A stretch of DNA of 64,000 bases from Candidatus Saccharimonadia bacterium (GCA_035479295.1 DATIIV010000020.1:10027-74026), one strand, 5' to 3'; positions 1 through 9,822 are shown, numbered from the stretch's first letter. The notes: generated from the sequence alone by a model not told the origin. Numbers and translations: made by a program.

Positions 1-1488
1 GAGCAGCGGCGCGGCCTCGTCATCGCCTCGACCGCCCAGGAGCACCATGGGGTGATGGATCGGCCGGTGCTGGAGTATGTGCTGGAGAATCTGCCGGAGT
101 ACGCCCGGCTGCATCATATCATCGAGACTCATCCCGAGACCATGGGCGACGACATGAAGCTGATCGGCCAGTACACCGATGCCTTGACGCGCTTTGGCGA
201 GCTCGGCTACTACGATATTCAGGAGCGGGCGCGCCAGGAGCTGCTTGATTTTCAGGTGCCGCCCGAGCGGATCGACGGCCCTATGGGCAAGCTGTCCGGC
301 GGCCAAAAGCGCTTTGTGGAGCTAGTTAAAGTGACACTGAGCGACGCTGACCTGGCGCTGATCGATGAGCCGACCAACCACATGGACTACGTGGCCAAAG
401 AGGCCTTCGTTGAGTGGCTCGAGGACGCTCAACAGGCCGTGGTGGTCATTACCCACGACCGCGATGTGCTGGCGGTGGTCGATCGCATTGTCGAGATCAA
501 AGATCACGGAGTCGCTAGTTTTGAGGGCAATTACGAGACCTACCTCAAGCAAAACGGTCGCACTACCATGAACGCGGTTGAGCAGTATGAGTTTGATCAG
601 CGCACCTTGGCCAACTTGCACAAGCAGGTGATGGAGGCTCGGCGCAAAAAAGGTATGGCGGCGGCCTCTAGCGCCACGCGGTTTCGCATTATGGAGGAGC
701 GGCTGCAGCGCCAGTACGATGCGCTCAAGAGCCGACTGCAGAAGCCCTCATTCTGGATCGATAGCGAGCAGCTCGACACCATGCAGAGCAAGGTGGTCGA
801 AAAATACGACCGCTACAAGGCCAAAAATATTCGCATTCAAACGCGCGGCGTAACCGAAGGCCAGCGTACGCTCGTTACCGTGGACAGCCTGTCGTTGGGC
901 TACGACGGCCCGCTGTTTGCTGGCCTGTCGCTGACGCTGCGCCAGGGCGAGCGACTGGAGCTCAAGGGCCGCAACGGCGTCGGCAAATCCACGCTGATCC
1001 GAGCGATTCTGGCTACGGCGACGGGCGGCCGGCTGGGCTCGCAGGTGTACGCCGGCACGATTGAGCTCGACCCCAAGGTGAGTATCGGCGTGTATGAGCA
1101 AGAGATCGACCCCAAGTATCTGCCGCTGCCACTAGCTACGGCCATCGCCCAGGTCTACGCCGAGCGCGGGGTGGCGGTCAGTGATCAGCGCGTTAAGCAA
1201 GTTATGTCCGATTACCTGTTCGACCCGCAACTCGATGGCAAACTCGAGATTGGCCGGCTGAGCGGCGGCCAAAAAGCCCGGTTCCAGCTCATCGCCATGC
1301 TCTGTCATAGCCCTAATCTGCTCATTTTGGACGAGCCCACCAATCACCTTGATCTGCCCTCGATCGAAGAGCTGGAGAAGGCGCTCGATCGCTACGCCGG
1401 CGCCATCCTCTACATCTCGCACGACTCATATTTTACGCGCGGGGTGGGCGGGGAAGTGGTGGAGATTACGTCAATTAATCAAAATTAG
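1..1488 (+). CDS. ABC-F family ATP-binding protein (5'-truncated by window edge)
   Basis: Two ABC cassettes (LSGGQK/DEPTNH twice, Walker A GRNGVGKST), no TM segments; reading frame is open back to base 1. Confidence 0.9.
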   Translation, partial: EQRRGLVIASTAQEHHGVMDRPVLEYVLENLPEYARLHHIIETHPETMGDDMKLIGQYTDALTRFGELGYYDIQERARQELLDFQVPPERIDGPMGKLSGGQKRFVELVKVTLSDADLALIDEPTNHMDYVAKEAFVEWLEDAQQAVVVITHDRDVLAVVDRIVEIKDHGVASFEGNYETYLKQNGRTTMNAVEQYEFDQRTLANLHKQVMEARRKKGMAAASSATRFRIMEERLQRQYDALKSRLQKPSFWIDSEQLDTMQSKVVEKYDRYKAKNIRIQTRGVTEGQRTLVTVDSLSLGYDGPLFAGLSLTLRQGERLELKGRNGVGKSTLIRAILATATGGRLGSQVYAGTIELDPKVSIGVYEQEIDPKYLPLPLATAIAQVYAERGVAVSDQRVKQVMSDYLFDPQLDGKLEIGRLSGGQKARFQLIAMLCHSPNLLILDEPTNHLDLPSIEELEKALDRYAGAILYISHDSYFTRGVGGEVVEITSINQN

Positions 1489-1502
1489 CGTACAATACGG
1501 CT

Positions 1503-2906
1503 ATGAAGGGGCATCTCTACTTTATCGGGATTACCGGCCATGCCATTCGGGGACTGGCGCTGGCGGCGCGCGATAACGGCTATGAGGTGAGCGGCTTGGA
1601 CGAGACCGGCGCGCCGCCTGGCAGCGATTGGCTGGATGAGCGCGACATTCGCTGGAGTCGCCAGTTTGAGCCGGCGCAGCTGCACGACGTGACGGCCGTG
1701 ATTGTGACCGGCGCGCACGTCAGCGACGAGTATCCGGCCGTGGTGGAGGCGCGTCGGCGAGCTATTCCGATCAAGTCGTGGGCCCAGTGGGCGGGGGAGT
1801 TTGCGGCCGATAAGCGGGTGTTGGCGGTGGCCGGCACGCACGGCAAGACCACCACGACCTCGTTGATTACGTGGCTACTGGAGGCGGCGGGTCGGCGGCC
1901 AGACTTTCTGATTGGCATTAAGCCCTTTAATTTTGATTCGAGTGTGCGGCTGAGCGATGCGCCAGTGCTGGTGATCGAGGGCGACGAGTATCGCGCCTCA
2001 AATTTGGAGCCGCAAGCCAAATTGGAGTATTACCACCCCAATGTGCTGGTGCTAACGTCGGTGGAGCACGATCACCCCGACATGTACCCCGATTTGCAGT
2101 CGGTGATCGATCGGTTTAGTAGCGTGGTGGCGGCGCTGTCTGGCGACGGCCGGTTGGTGGTGTGGAATGGCAGCGAGACGGCGCTGCAGGTGGCGGCGAA
2201 GGCCTCGTGCGAGGTGGTGACCTACGGGCTCAAGGACGGCGATTACTCGGCCCGCGATGTGGGTTACTTGCCGGCCGGCCTTGAGTTTGACGTGCACCAC
2301 GACGGCCGATTACTGGGCCGGCTGGCCGTGCCGATGTACGGCCGCCACAATGTGCTCAATGCGCTGGCCGCCACGGTGGTGGCGCTGGGCGAGGGCCTAA
2401 CGTTCGCCGAGATTATGGCGGGCGCGGTTGGCTTTAAAGGCGCTTATCGTCGGTTTAATGTGCTGACGCCGGCCGGCGCGCCGATAACCGTGATCGATGA
2501 TTATGCCCACCACCCCACCGAGGTGGCAGCCACCATCGAGGCCGTCAAGCTGCACTTTGCTGGCCAGCGCCTGCTGGTGGTGTACCGGCCGCACACGTAT
2601 TCGCGTACCAAGGCGCTGCTGGCCGAGTACCGAGCCTCGTTTGGCCAGGCCGATCTGGTGTTTATGGCCGATGTGGAGGCCGCGCGCGAGTCGGCGGCCG
2701 ACCGCACGGTTAGTGGCGCCGACATTGTGGCCGGCCTAGGCGAGCAGGCGGTGTACGAACCCGACCGAGCGCGCCTGGCCGACCGGGTAGTAGCGGCCGC
2801 TCGCCCCGGCGACGTGGTGCTCTGTATGACCGTATCGGGCTACGACCGCATCGCCAATGAGCTGGCCGAGCGGCTCGGCGCCACCACCGGTGAGGCCGCC
2901 GCATGA
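1503..2906 (+). CDS. murC: UDP-N-acetylmuramate--L-alanine ligase family (MurC/Mpl-like)
   Basis: FIGIxG N-terminus, AGTHGKTTTTS, EGDEY, DHPD, DDYAHHPTE, PHTYSRT. Confidence 0.8.
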   Translation: MKGHLYFIGITGHAIRGLALAARDNGYEVSGLDETGAPPGSDWLDERDIRWSRQFEPAQLHDVTAVIVTGAHVSDEYPAVVEARRRAIPIKSWAQWAGEFAADKRVLAVAGTHGKTTTTSLITWLLEAAGRRPDFLIGIKPFNFDSSVRLSDAPVLVIEGDEYRASNLEPQAKLEYYHPNVLVLTSVEHDHPDMYPDLQSVIDRFSSVVAALSGDGRLVVWNGSETALQVAAKASCEVVTYGLKDGDYSARDVGYLPAGLEFDVHHDGRLLGRLAVPMYGRHNVLNALAATVVALGEGLTFAEIMAGAVGFKGAYRRFNVLTPAGAPITVIDDYAHHPTEVAATIEAVKLHFAGQRLLVVYRPHTYSRTKALLAEYRASFGQADLVFMADVEAARESAADRTVSGADIVAGLGEQAVYEPDRARLADRVVAAARPGDVVLCMTVSGYDRIANELAERLGATTGEAAA

Positions 2907-3331
2907 GGGTCGGCACTACCGCTAGCGGTCTCATCGTCCGGCTCGAGCCCGACGACGACGTCATCGCCCAGATTCAGGCGGCGGCCGCAGCCCACCACGT
3001 CGTCAACGCCGAAGTCACCGGTCTCGGCTCGGTCGAGGCGCCCACCCTGGCTCACTATCGCCGCGATACCAAACAGTTCACCGAGCGCACCTTCGACGGT
3101 ATCTTCGAGGTTGTCTCGTTGGTCGGCAACATCAGCCTGACCGACGACCGTCCGACCCTTCACTGCCACGTCATCATTAGCGACGCCGGCATGACCACCC
3201 ACGGCGGCCACCTGGTGCGCGCCACCTGCTCGGCCACATTGGAACTCATTATTCGCCAGCTCGATACCACCTACATCAAACGCCGCGATGATGCTGTCGG
3301 ACTAAACGTCTGGCAATTGCCAACCGCCTAA
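2903..3331 (+). CDS. PPC/DUF296 domain protein
   Basis: GLGSV, FEVVSLVGNIS, HCH, GGHL motifs; overlaps upstream stop (ATGA). Confidence 0.85.
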   Translation: MRVGTTASGLIVRLEPDDDVIAQIQAAAAAHHVVNAEVTGLGSVEAPTLAHYRRDTKQFTERTFDGIFEVVSLVGNISLTDDRPTLHCHVIISDAGMTTHGGHLVRATCSATLELIIRQLDTTYIKRRDDAVGLNVWQLPTA

Positions 3332-3394
3332 TGGGCAAAATAGACGAAGCCCCGCCACCCAGTCGGGCAGCGGGGTGTGCAGAGAGCAGGGCGA

Positions 3395-3712
3395 CTAGAG
3401 GCCGAGCCGAATGGAAACGATAGTACCCAAGGTTATCCAGGAGGCGGTGCCATTGGGCCTCAAGCTCGCCTCCAGCTCCGGATCGGCCGTAAACTCGAGC
3501 TTGTCGCCTCGCTTGAGGTCGGCCCTAATAGAGCCCCGCGTTGAGCCATCAGTCTCTTGCTGCGGTACGGTTATGCGGCCGATCAGCTGGTTGTGGGCCC
3601 CGTCCACTGACTCTACGCGAAAGACGTAAGGCCCGGTAACGCCGGTCATAATGCTAATGACACAGCCCTTAAAGACGATCTTGGGGCTAAGCTGGTCAAC
3701 CCATCTGCTCAC
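3395..3712 (-). CDS. hypothetical protein
   Basis: 105-aa ORF with AAGGAG-like RBS upstream; fills the gap. Confidence 0.5.
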   Translation of the reverse strand: MSRWVDQLSPKIVFKGCVISIMTGVTGPYVFRVESVDGAHNQLIGRITVPQQETDGSTRGSIRADLKRGDKLEFTADPELEASLRPNGTASWITLGTIVSIRLGL

Positions 3713-3890
3713 GTTCGCGGCTCCTTAGTTTGCGCTCGGGTTCGTTTGTGGCCAGTCAGCACTATACCATACCCAATCTTGCTAAATTAGCGTCAGCTCG
3801 GCACACCCGTCACTCGACAAAGGCCTCTCAGACTACGATAGTAATAATCGAATCGACATCAATTCTTCGAAAGAGCGAGAGACTAAGGAG

Positions 3891-4076
3891 ATGATGGTGG
3901 CTGATTGCCCCGACTGCGGGTTTGAGAAAGGTATCGTCGGGATGGGTGGATGCAACTGTAAGGATACGCTCCTGGCGATGATAAATCGGGCCGGAGCGCG
4001 GCTGCAGATCGAGAATGCCGGCGACGACCTCGGTGACTTTACCGACCCTCCCTCCGACAGCCCTGCTCAGGACTGA
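3891..4076 (+). CDS. small hypothetical protein with CxxC...CxC (possible Zn-binding)
   Basis: AAGGAG RBS, CPDC and CNC, followed by a terminator. Confidence 0.45.
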   Translation: MMVADCPDCGFEKGIVGMGGCNCKDTLLAMINRAGARLQIENAGDDLGDFTDPPSDSPAQD

Positions 4077-4103
4077 GACTTTGGCCGCGATTTGAGCCGT
4101 GCC

Positions 4104-4148
4104 AGCGGTCGGTCTTGAGGCAACGAGCCTCTTGACCGACCGCTTTTT
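4104..4148 (+). terminator. intrinsic terminator
   Basis: AGCGGTCGGTC..GAGGC/GCCTC..GACCGACCGCT stem followed by T-run. Confidence 0.75.
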
Positions 4149-4152
4149 GTTA

Positions 4153-4181
4153 TTGCCATTTCGGGCTTAACCAGATAAAAT
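4153..4181 (+). promoter_or_regulatory. sigma70-type promoter of fusA
   Basis: TTGCCA-17 nt-TAAAAT. Confidence 0.6.
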
Positions 4182-4256
4182 ATGGTTAAGCAGTGCGCAC
4201 AGCGCCTTTTTCATGTGCGCCTCTTTATTTTTTTAGAAAGGATCAACGTAACCCCT

Positions 4257-6335
4257 ATGGCCCGCGAATACTCGCTCGAAAACACCCGTAACATCGGCAT
4301 TATCGCCCACATCGACGCTGGTAAGACTACCACCACTGAGGGCATCCTTTATCGCACCGGCAAGACGCACAAGATCGGCGAGGTCCACCAGGGCGAGGCC
4401 ACTATGGACTGGATGGCGCAGGAGCAGGAGCGCGGTATCACCATTACCGCCGCCGCCACGACCTGCTTCTGGAAGGGCAAGCGCATCAACATCATCGACA
4501 CGCCCGGCCACATCGACTTCACGGTTGAGGTTGAGCGTAGTTTGCGCGTACTCGACGGCGCCGTCACCGTCTTCGACGGCAAGATGGGCGTGGAGCCGCA
4601 GTCCGAGACCGTCTGGCGCCAGGCCGACAAGTACGGCGTGCCGCGCATTTGTTTCATTAATAAGATCAACCAGACCGGCGGCGACTTCTACAAGAGCCTC
4701 GAGAGCATTCACGAGCGACTGAGCAAGCGGGCCTACGCCATTCACCTGCCGATCGGCTTCGAGCAAGAGATCAACGGCGTCATCGACCTGATCGAGATGA
4801 AGGCCTATACCTACAAGGACTACAAGGACCACGAGCTCATCGAGGGCGAGATCCCGGCCGACATGCTCGAGAAGGCCACCAAGTACCGCAACCACCTGAT
4901 CGAGGCGGCGGTCGAGGCCGACGATGAGCTGATGGAGAAGTACCTGGAGGGTCACGAGCTCACCATCGATGAGCTCAAGCTGGCCATTCGCAAGAGCGTG
5001 CTGACCGGCACCTTCTTCGCCGTCAGCGGCGGCGATGGTCGCGGCGTCATCGTTGAGAAACTGCTCGACGCCATGGTCGACTTCTTGCCCAACCCGCTCG
5101 ATGTCGGCAGCGTCTGGGGCACCGATCCCAAGACCGGCAACGAGCTTGAGCGCAAGCCCAGCGACGAGGAGCCGTTCTCGGGCTTGGCTTTCAAGATTGC
5201 CACTGACCCGTTCATCGGTAAGCTGGCCTTCTTCCGGGTCTACTCGGGCGTGGTTAAGAGTGGTTCGTACATTCTAAATGCCTCGACCGGCGAGCGCGAG
5301 CGCATCGGCCGCCTGGTGCTGATGCACGCCAACTCGCGCGAAGAGGTGCAAGAGGTGCACGCCGGCGAGATTGCGGCGGCCGTCGGCCTTAAGGGCACCA
5401 CCACCGGCAATACCCTCACCGATGTCGACCACCCGGTCATTCTCGAGAGCATTACCTTCCCCGAGCCGGTTATCTCTATCGCCGTCGAGCCCAAGACCAA
5501 GAGTGACCAGGAGAAGATGGGCAACGCTCTGCAGCGCCTGGCCGAGGAGGACCCGACCTTCCGCGTCCACACCGAGGAACAGACGGGGCAAACCATCCTG
5601 GAAGGTATGGGCGAGCTCCATCTCGACATCCTCGTCGACCGCATGAAGCGTGAGTTCAAGGTTGAGGCCAACATCGGTCGGCCGCAGGTCGCTTACCGTG
5701 AGACCATTAAGAAAGAGGCCAAGGGCCAAGGCAAGTTTGTACGCCAGACCGGTGGCTCCGGCCAGTACGGCGATGTCTGGATCGAGCTGACGCCGCTGGA
5801 GCCGGGCGAAGGCTTCGTGTTTGAGAACGGTATCGTTGGCGGTGTGGTGCCGCGCGAGTACATTAAGCCGGTCGAAGAGGGCATTAAGGATGCTATGTCG
5901 ACCGGTATCTCGGCCGGCTTCCCGGTGGTGGATGTTAAGGCCAAGCTATACGACGGTAGCTACCACGATGTTGACTCGTCCGAGATCGCCTTCAAGCTGG
6001 CAGGCCGTCTAGCCTTTAACGAGGTAGCCAAGAAGGCCGACCCAATCATTCTCGAGCCGATCATGAAGGTTGAAGTAACGGTGCCCGAGGAGTACATGGG
6101 CGACGTTATTGGCAACCTTAACTCTAAGCGTGGCCGCATCGAAAGCATGGAGGATCGCGCCGGCGCCAAGATTATTGATGCCAAGGTGCCGCTGGCCGAG
6201 ATGTTTGGCTACACTACCACGCTGCGCTCCATGACGCAGGGCCGTGCCTCCAACTCCATGGAGTTCGACCACTACGAGGAAGTGCCGCGCAACGTGGCCG
6301 AGGAGATCATCGCCAAGCGCACCACCAAGGCGTAA
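4257..6335 (+). CDS. fusA: elongation factor G
   Basis: [33 protein letters not shown], domain IV/V motifs; start placed at MAREYS downstream of an AAGGA-like RBS. Confidence 0.98.
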   Translation: MAREYSLENTRNIGIIAHIDAGKTTTTEGILYRTGKTHKIGEVHQGEATMDWMAQEQERGITITAAATTCFWKGKRINIIDTPGHIDFTVEVERSLRVLDGAVTVFDGKMGVEPQSETVWRQADKYGVPRICFINKINQTGGDFYKSLESIHERLSKRAYAIHLPIGFEQEINGVIDLIEMKAYTYKDYKDHELIEGEIPADMLEKATKYRNHLIEAAVEADDELMEKYLEGHELTIDELKLAIRKSVLTGTFFAVSGGDGRGVIVEKLLDAMVDFLPNPLDVGSVWGTDPKTGNELERKPSDEEPFSGLAFKIATDPFIGKLAFFRVYSGVVKSGSYILNASTGERERIGRLVLMHANSREEVQEVHAGEIAAAVGLKGTTTGNTLTDVDHPVILESITFPEPVISIAVEPKTKSDQEKMGNALQRLAEEDPTFRVHTEEQTGQTILEGMGELHLDILVDRMKREFKVEANIGRPQVAYRETIKKEAKGQGKFVRQTGGSGQYGDVWIELTPLEPGEGFVFENGIVGGVVPREYIKPVEEGIKDAMSTGISAGFPVVDVKAKLYDGSYHDVDSSEIAFKLAGRLAFNEVAKKADPIILEPIMKVEVTVPEEYMGDVIGNLNSKRGRIESMEDRAGAKIIDAKVPLAEMFGYTTTLRSMTQGRASNSMEFDHYEEVPRNVAEEIIAKRTTKA

Positions 6336-6362
6336 TCTCGCCTCACTTCGAGTACTGCTCGA

Positions 6363-6395
6363 CCAAAAAGACCTCATAGCCGGGGTCTTTTTTGG
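6363..6395 (+). terminator. intrinsic terminator of fusA
   Basis: AAAAAGACCTC/GGGGTCTTTTTT. Confidence 0.8.
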
Positions 6396-6423
6396 TTGCG
6401 TCATGGTTTTATAACGGCTATGC

Positions 6424-6452
6424 TTGCCATAGGCCGAGATTGCTACTAGACT
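6424..6452 (+). promoter_or_regulatory. sigma70-type promoter upstream of structured non-coding region
   Basis: TTGCCA(6424)-17 nt-TAGACT(6447). Confidence 0.55.
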
Positions 6453-6458
6453 CGATAA

Positions 6459-6917
6459 GGTCGTGCCGACACGTCGAGGGGCCGAGTCGGCAGATAGCTC
6501 TCCGGGAAGATGATGACACCTGGAGAGAAATGGTCCGGCATCTGCCGGGAAGATCCGGACCGCAGGGCTGGTCTGGCCCAGCGTAGCTCGTTTACACTCC
6601 CACGGACGAGATTGCGTTGGGCCAGACTGGTTCCTCAGCCAAGTTCCCTGCAATTGCTTTCGGACGTCCCGACCGCGCCCGGCCCGTCCGATAGGTGGCA
6701 CGTTACTGCTAGCCAACGCACCCTTGTCCCTGTCGGTTCGTTTGCCAGCATAAATGGTTTTTCGGCTCTTGCCCCGAGCCGGCAACCTTGTGCCACATCC
6801 CTTAGAGCGGGGCGGCCTCCCCCAGGCCATCCCCGGTGGCTCGTCGCCCCGCTCTGCTGTATTTGTTGCCTGCCGTTAGGCGGGCGATTGTAGCCCGGCC
6901 TGTGTGCCGGGCTTTGT
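6459..6917 (+). ncRNA. candidate large structured ncRNA, unknown family
   Basis: At least nine consecutive stems with G-U wobbles on the + strand, own promoter, terminal hairpin 6892-6913; no credible protein. Confidence 0.6.
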
Positions 6918-6927
6918 GCTGCTTAGG

Positions 6928-7057
6928 CCTGAATCTCAAAACCCCTCGTCTCGGCGCGCCCCTGCTTTATAGTTCTCCTGTGAGGGTTGTTTGAGCGAAG
7001 CAAGTTTCCGCAACGGGAACCTATAAGGCAGGAAGCGCCTGGGGCGGGGGACTCAGG
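6928..7057. repeat. long palindromic element, copy 1
   Basis: ~130-nt imperfect hairpin; reverse complement of its apex is GGAAACTTGCTTCGCTCAAACAACCCTC, matching the apex of the element at 8526. Confidence 0.55.
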
Positions 7058-7067
7058 TGCTTAGGGC

Positions 7068-7097
7068 TTTACAAGCCTAGCCCAATCTGTCTATAAT
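7068..7097 (+). promoter_or_regulatory. promoter of tuf
   Basis: TTTACA-18 nt-TATAAT. Confidence 0.65.
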
Positions 7098-7163
7098 ACG
7101 AGGGTCCAAGCGGGCAGTATTTTTTATGTACTAATACTGTTCTTAGGCAATTACTAACAAATT

Positions 7164-7250
7164 TGGTTCCATGGCAGATCGCTGATGCGGCCGCCGTTTT
7201 CGGTCTACCGCGTGGCAAAGCTGCCACATTAACCATCTGAAATGGAACTA
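7164..7250 (+). promoter_or_regulatory. structured 5' leader of tuf
   Basis: TGGTTCCAT/ATGGAACTA closing stem, CAGAT/ATCTG and GTGGCA/TGCCAC stems just before the AAGGAG RBS. Confidence 0.45.
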
Positions 7251-7264
7251 TTAAAGGAGTATCA

Positions 7265-8446
7265 ATGGCTGAATTTGCACGCACCAAGCCGCACTTCAAC
7301 GCTGGCACCATCGGTCACGTCGACCACGGCAAGACCACGCTGACCGCGGCCATCACCATCGTCCTGGCCAAGCACAATCCGTCGGACGTCAACAAGAAGA
7401 TCGATTACGATCAGATTGACAAGGCTCCCGAGGAGAAGCAGCGCGGTATCACCATCTCTACCTCGCACGTTGAGTACGAGACCGAGAAGCGCCACTACGC
7501 GCACGTCGACATGCCTGGTCACGCCGACTACGTTAAGAACATGATTACGGGTGCCGCTCAGATCGATGGCGCCGTGTTGGTTGTTTCGGCCGCCGACGGC
7601 CCGATGCCGCAGACCCGTGAGCACATCCTGTTGGCTCGCCAGGTGGGTGTGCCGTCGATCTTGGTCTACATGAACAAGATGGACATGGCCGACCCGGAGC
7701 TGGCTGAGCTGGTCGAGATGGAGATCCGCGAGCTGCTGGCCAAGAACGGCTATGACGAGAACGCCCCAGTCGTCAAGGGCTCGGCCCTCAAGGCCATCGA
7801 GGGTGATGCTGAGGCCGAGAAGTCGATTCTCGAGCTGGTTAAGGCTATGGACGACTTCTTCCCGGAGCCAGTCCGCGAGCTCGACAAGCCGTTCCTGATG
7901 CCGATCGAGGACGTCTTCTCGATCAAGGGCCGCGGCACCGTTGCCACTGGTCGTATCGAGCAGGGCAAGATCAAGGTTAACGAAGAGGTCGAGATCGTCG
8001 GCATTCGCCCGACCAAGAAGACCGTCGTCACCGGCGTCGAGATGTTCAAGAAGCTGCTGCCCGACGCCCAGGCCGGCGACAATGTGGGCGCCCTGCTGCG
8101 CGGCATTGAGCGCACCGACATCGAGCGCGGTCAGGTTCTGGCCAAGCCCGGTTCGGTTACGCCACACACCGAGTTCGACGCTGAGGTTTACGTCCTGAGC
8201 AAGGACGAGGGCGGTCGCCACACCCCGTTCTTCAAGGGCTACAAGCCGCAGTTCTACATCCGCACCACCGACGTTACCGGCGCTGTGACGCTGCCGGACG
8301 GTGTCGAGATGGTTATGCCGGGCGACACCATCCAGATGAAGGTCGAGCTGATCGCTCCGATCGCCATGGAAGAGGGTCTACGCTTCGCCATTCGTGAGGG
8401 TGGCCGCACCGTGGGTGCCGGCGTGGTGACCAAGATCATCAAGTAG
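7265..8446 (+). CDS. tuf: elongation factor Tu
   Basis: [36 protein letters not shown]. Confidence 0.99.
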   Translation: MAEFARTKPHFNAGTIGHVDHGKTTLTAAITIVLAKHNPSDVNKKIDYDQIDKAPEEKQRGITISTSHVEYETEKRHYAHVDMPGHADYVKNMITGAAQIDGAVLVVSAADGPMPQTREHILLARQVGVPSILVYMNKMDMADPELAELVEMEIRELLAKNGYDENAPVVKGSALKAIEGDAEAEKSILELVKAMDDFFPEPVRELDKPFLMPIEDVFSIKGRGTVATGRIEQGKIKVNEEVEIVGIRPTKKTVVTGVEMFKKLLPDAQAGDNVGALLRGIERTDIERGQVLAKPGSVTPHTEFDAEVYVLSKDEGGRHTPFFKGYKPQFYIRTTDVTGAVTLPDGVEMVMPGDTIQMKVELIAPIAMEEGLRFAIREGGRTVGAGVVTKIIK

Positions 8447-8462
8447 TCTACGCGATTGATCG

Positions 8463-8490
8463 CAAAAAAGGACCTACGGGTCCTTTTTTG
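8463..8490 (+). terminator. intrinsic terminator of tuf
   Basis: CAAAAAAGGACC-TACG-GGTCCTTTTTTG. Confidence 0.85.
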
Positions 8491-8525
8491 TTGGCGGTGG
8501 CACAGGAGCGGCCAGAGCCGGCTCA

Positions 8526-8612
8526 GGCTCGCACCCTCATAATGGTTTCCGGCTGTGGAACTCGCTTCGCTCGGACAGTCCTCGCCGGAGAACCATCATG
8601 GGGCTGCTCGCC
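8526..8612. repeat. palindromic element, copy 2
   Basis: Stem CCTCAT-ATGGTTTCCGGC/GCCGGAGAACCAT-ATGGGG with apex GGAACTCGCTTCGCTCGGACAGTCCTC. Confidence 0.55.
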
Positions 8613-8651
8613 GATAAAAGGGACGAATTCTAGGGTTTGAGCGCGGATGCC

Positions 8652-8680
8652 TTTACAAACGCCACGTTACCGTTTACAAT
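8652..8680 (+). promoter_or_regulatory. promoter of rpsJ
   Basis: TTTACA-17 nt-TACAAT. Confidence 0.6.
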
Positions 8681-8767
8681 ATCGCTCAATACCACTAATC
8701 ATATACCGAGAACTCGTCCGGCCGGTAGAGCCGCGAAGAGGTTACGGTATCGCACCAGGAGACTGAT

Positions 8768-9094
8768 ATGCCCGAAGCCAAGACCGAGACTAAGCAGCGC
8801 ATTCGTATTCGCCTTAAGGCCTACGACTCGAAGGTGATCGACCAGAGCGCTAAGCAGATTATTGAGACCGCCATTCGCACTGGCGCTAGCGTGGCCGGCC
8901 CGATTCCGCTGCCGACCGAGCGTAACGTTACCACCGTGCTGCGCAGCACCCACGTCCACAAGGACGCCCGCGAGCAGTTCGAGATGCGCACGCACAAGCG
9001 CCTCATCGACATTACCGAGCCGACCCCCAAGACCATCGACGCCCTGATGAACCTGAACCTTCCGGCCGGCGTCGACATTGAAATAAAAATGTAG
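8768..9094 (+). CDS. rpsJ: 30S ribosomal protein S10
   Basis: [32 protein letters not shown]. Confidence 0.98.
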   Translation: MPEAKTETKQRIRIRLKAYDSKVIDQSAKQIIETAIRTGASVAGPIPLPTERNVTTVLRSTHVHKDAREQFEMRTHKRLIDITEPTPKTIDALMNLNLPAGVDIEIKM

Positions 9095-9150
9095 TTTAGC
9101 CTCAAAATGCTCCCGGAGACGGGGGCTTTTGAGTATAGAGATCATTTTGC

Positions 9151-9630
9151 ATGCGTAATTATAGTGTAGGCCGGGCTATGTGGCTGATGTCACTACTAGT
9201 GATCTGGCTGCTGAGCCTACTCATTGCTGCCGTGGTAGCAACGGATAATCTTCTGCTCCAGTGGGTCGGCTTGACTCGGGCCGGCCAGATTATTGCAGTC
9301 GCACCACTAGCCGATTCCGTCTGGCGCAATGGACTGGAGCGCTATCGGTATCAGGTGCAAGCAGCTGATGGGCGGCAGTATACCGTCAACGATTATTGGC
9401 TTCACCCGGTGGGTGCGGCTGCAGTAGTGCGGCTGACTCCAGACTCGATAGCTAGCAACGGCCAGGTGGCTCTGGACGGCGATTATTATAGCCCAGAACT
9501 TATTTGGGGCATAATATATTTGATGATCTCGGCTGGGTGGGGCTGGTGGTTGGTAATACAATGGCGGAGCGGGCGCTGGCCGATGAGTCACAGCATGATG
9601 CAGCGATTGCTGCCCTGGTTCTTGCGATAA
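9151..9630 (+). CDS. hypothetical membrane protein (2 TM flanking a soluble loop)
   Basis: N- and C-terminal hydrophobic segments. Confidence 0.55.
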   Translation: MRNYSVGRAMWLMSLLVIWLLSLLIAAVVATDNLLLQWVGLTRAGQIIAVAPLADSVWRNGLERYRYQVQAADGRQYTVNDYWLHPVGAAAVVRLTPDSIASNGQVALDGDYYSPELIWGIIYLMISAGWGWWLVIQWRSGRWPMSHSMMQRLLPWFLR

Positions 9631-9822
9631 GCCTGGAGGTGACCTGGCGGGCGCCCTTGACGGTGTCGTGCAGCCCGCGTATGTGCGGTAGCACCCGCAG
9701 ACGTTAGATTGGCTCTGGGGAGGGGCTGAGAGACATGTCCGAGCAGTATGCGCTGTCAATCACAGCCTACAGCAAACCCCAATCAGCGGGGCTTGCTGCC
9801 GAGCCGATTGGGGCGGATTGCG

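Noticed and set aside
6510-6893. 127-aa + strand ORF (and overlapping 6009-6830 minus ORF) in the fusA-tuf gap
   Set aside because: No recognisable motif and Pro/Arg/Ser-rich composition typical of translated non-coding GC-rich DNA; dense stems with strand-specific G-U pairs explain the region better
6459-6917. RNase P, tmRNA, SRP or self-splicing intron identity for the structured region
   Set aside because: No GAGGAAAGUCC, no tRNA-like ends or T-loop, no SRP GGAA/AGCAG domain recognised, and no interrupted host gene
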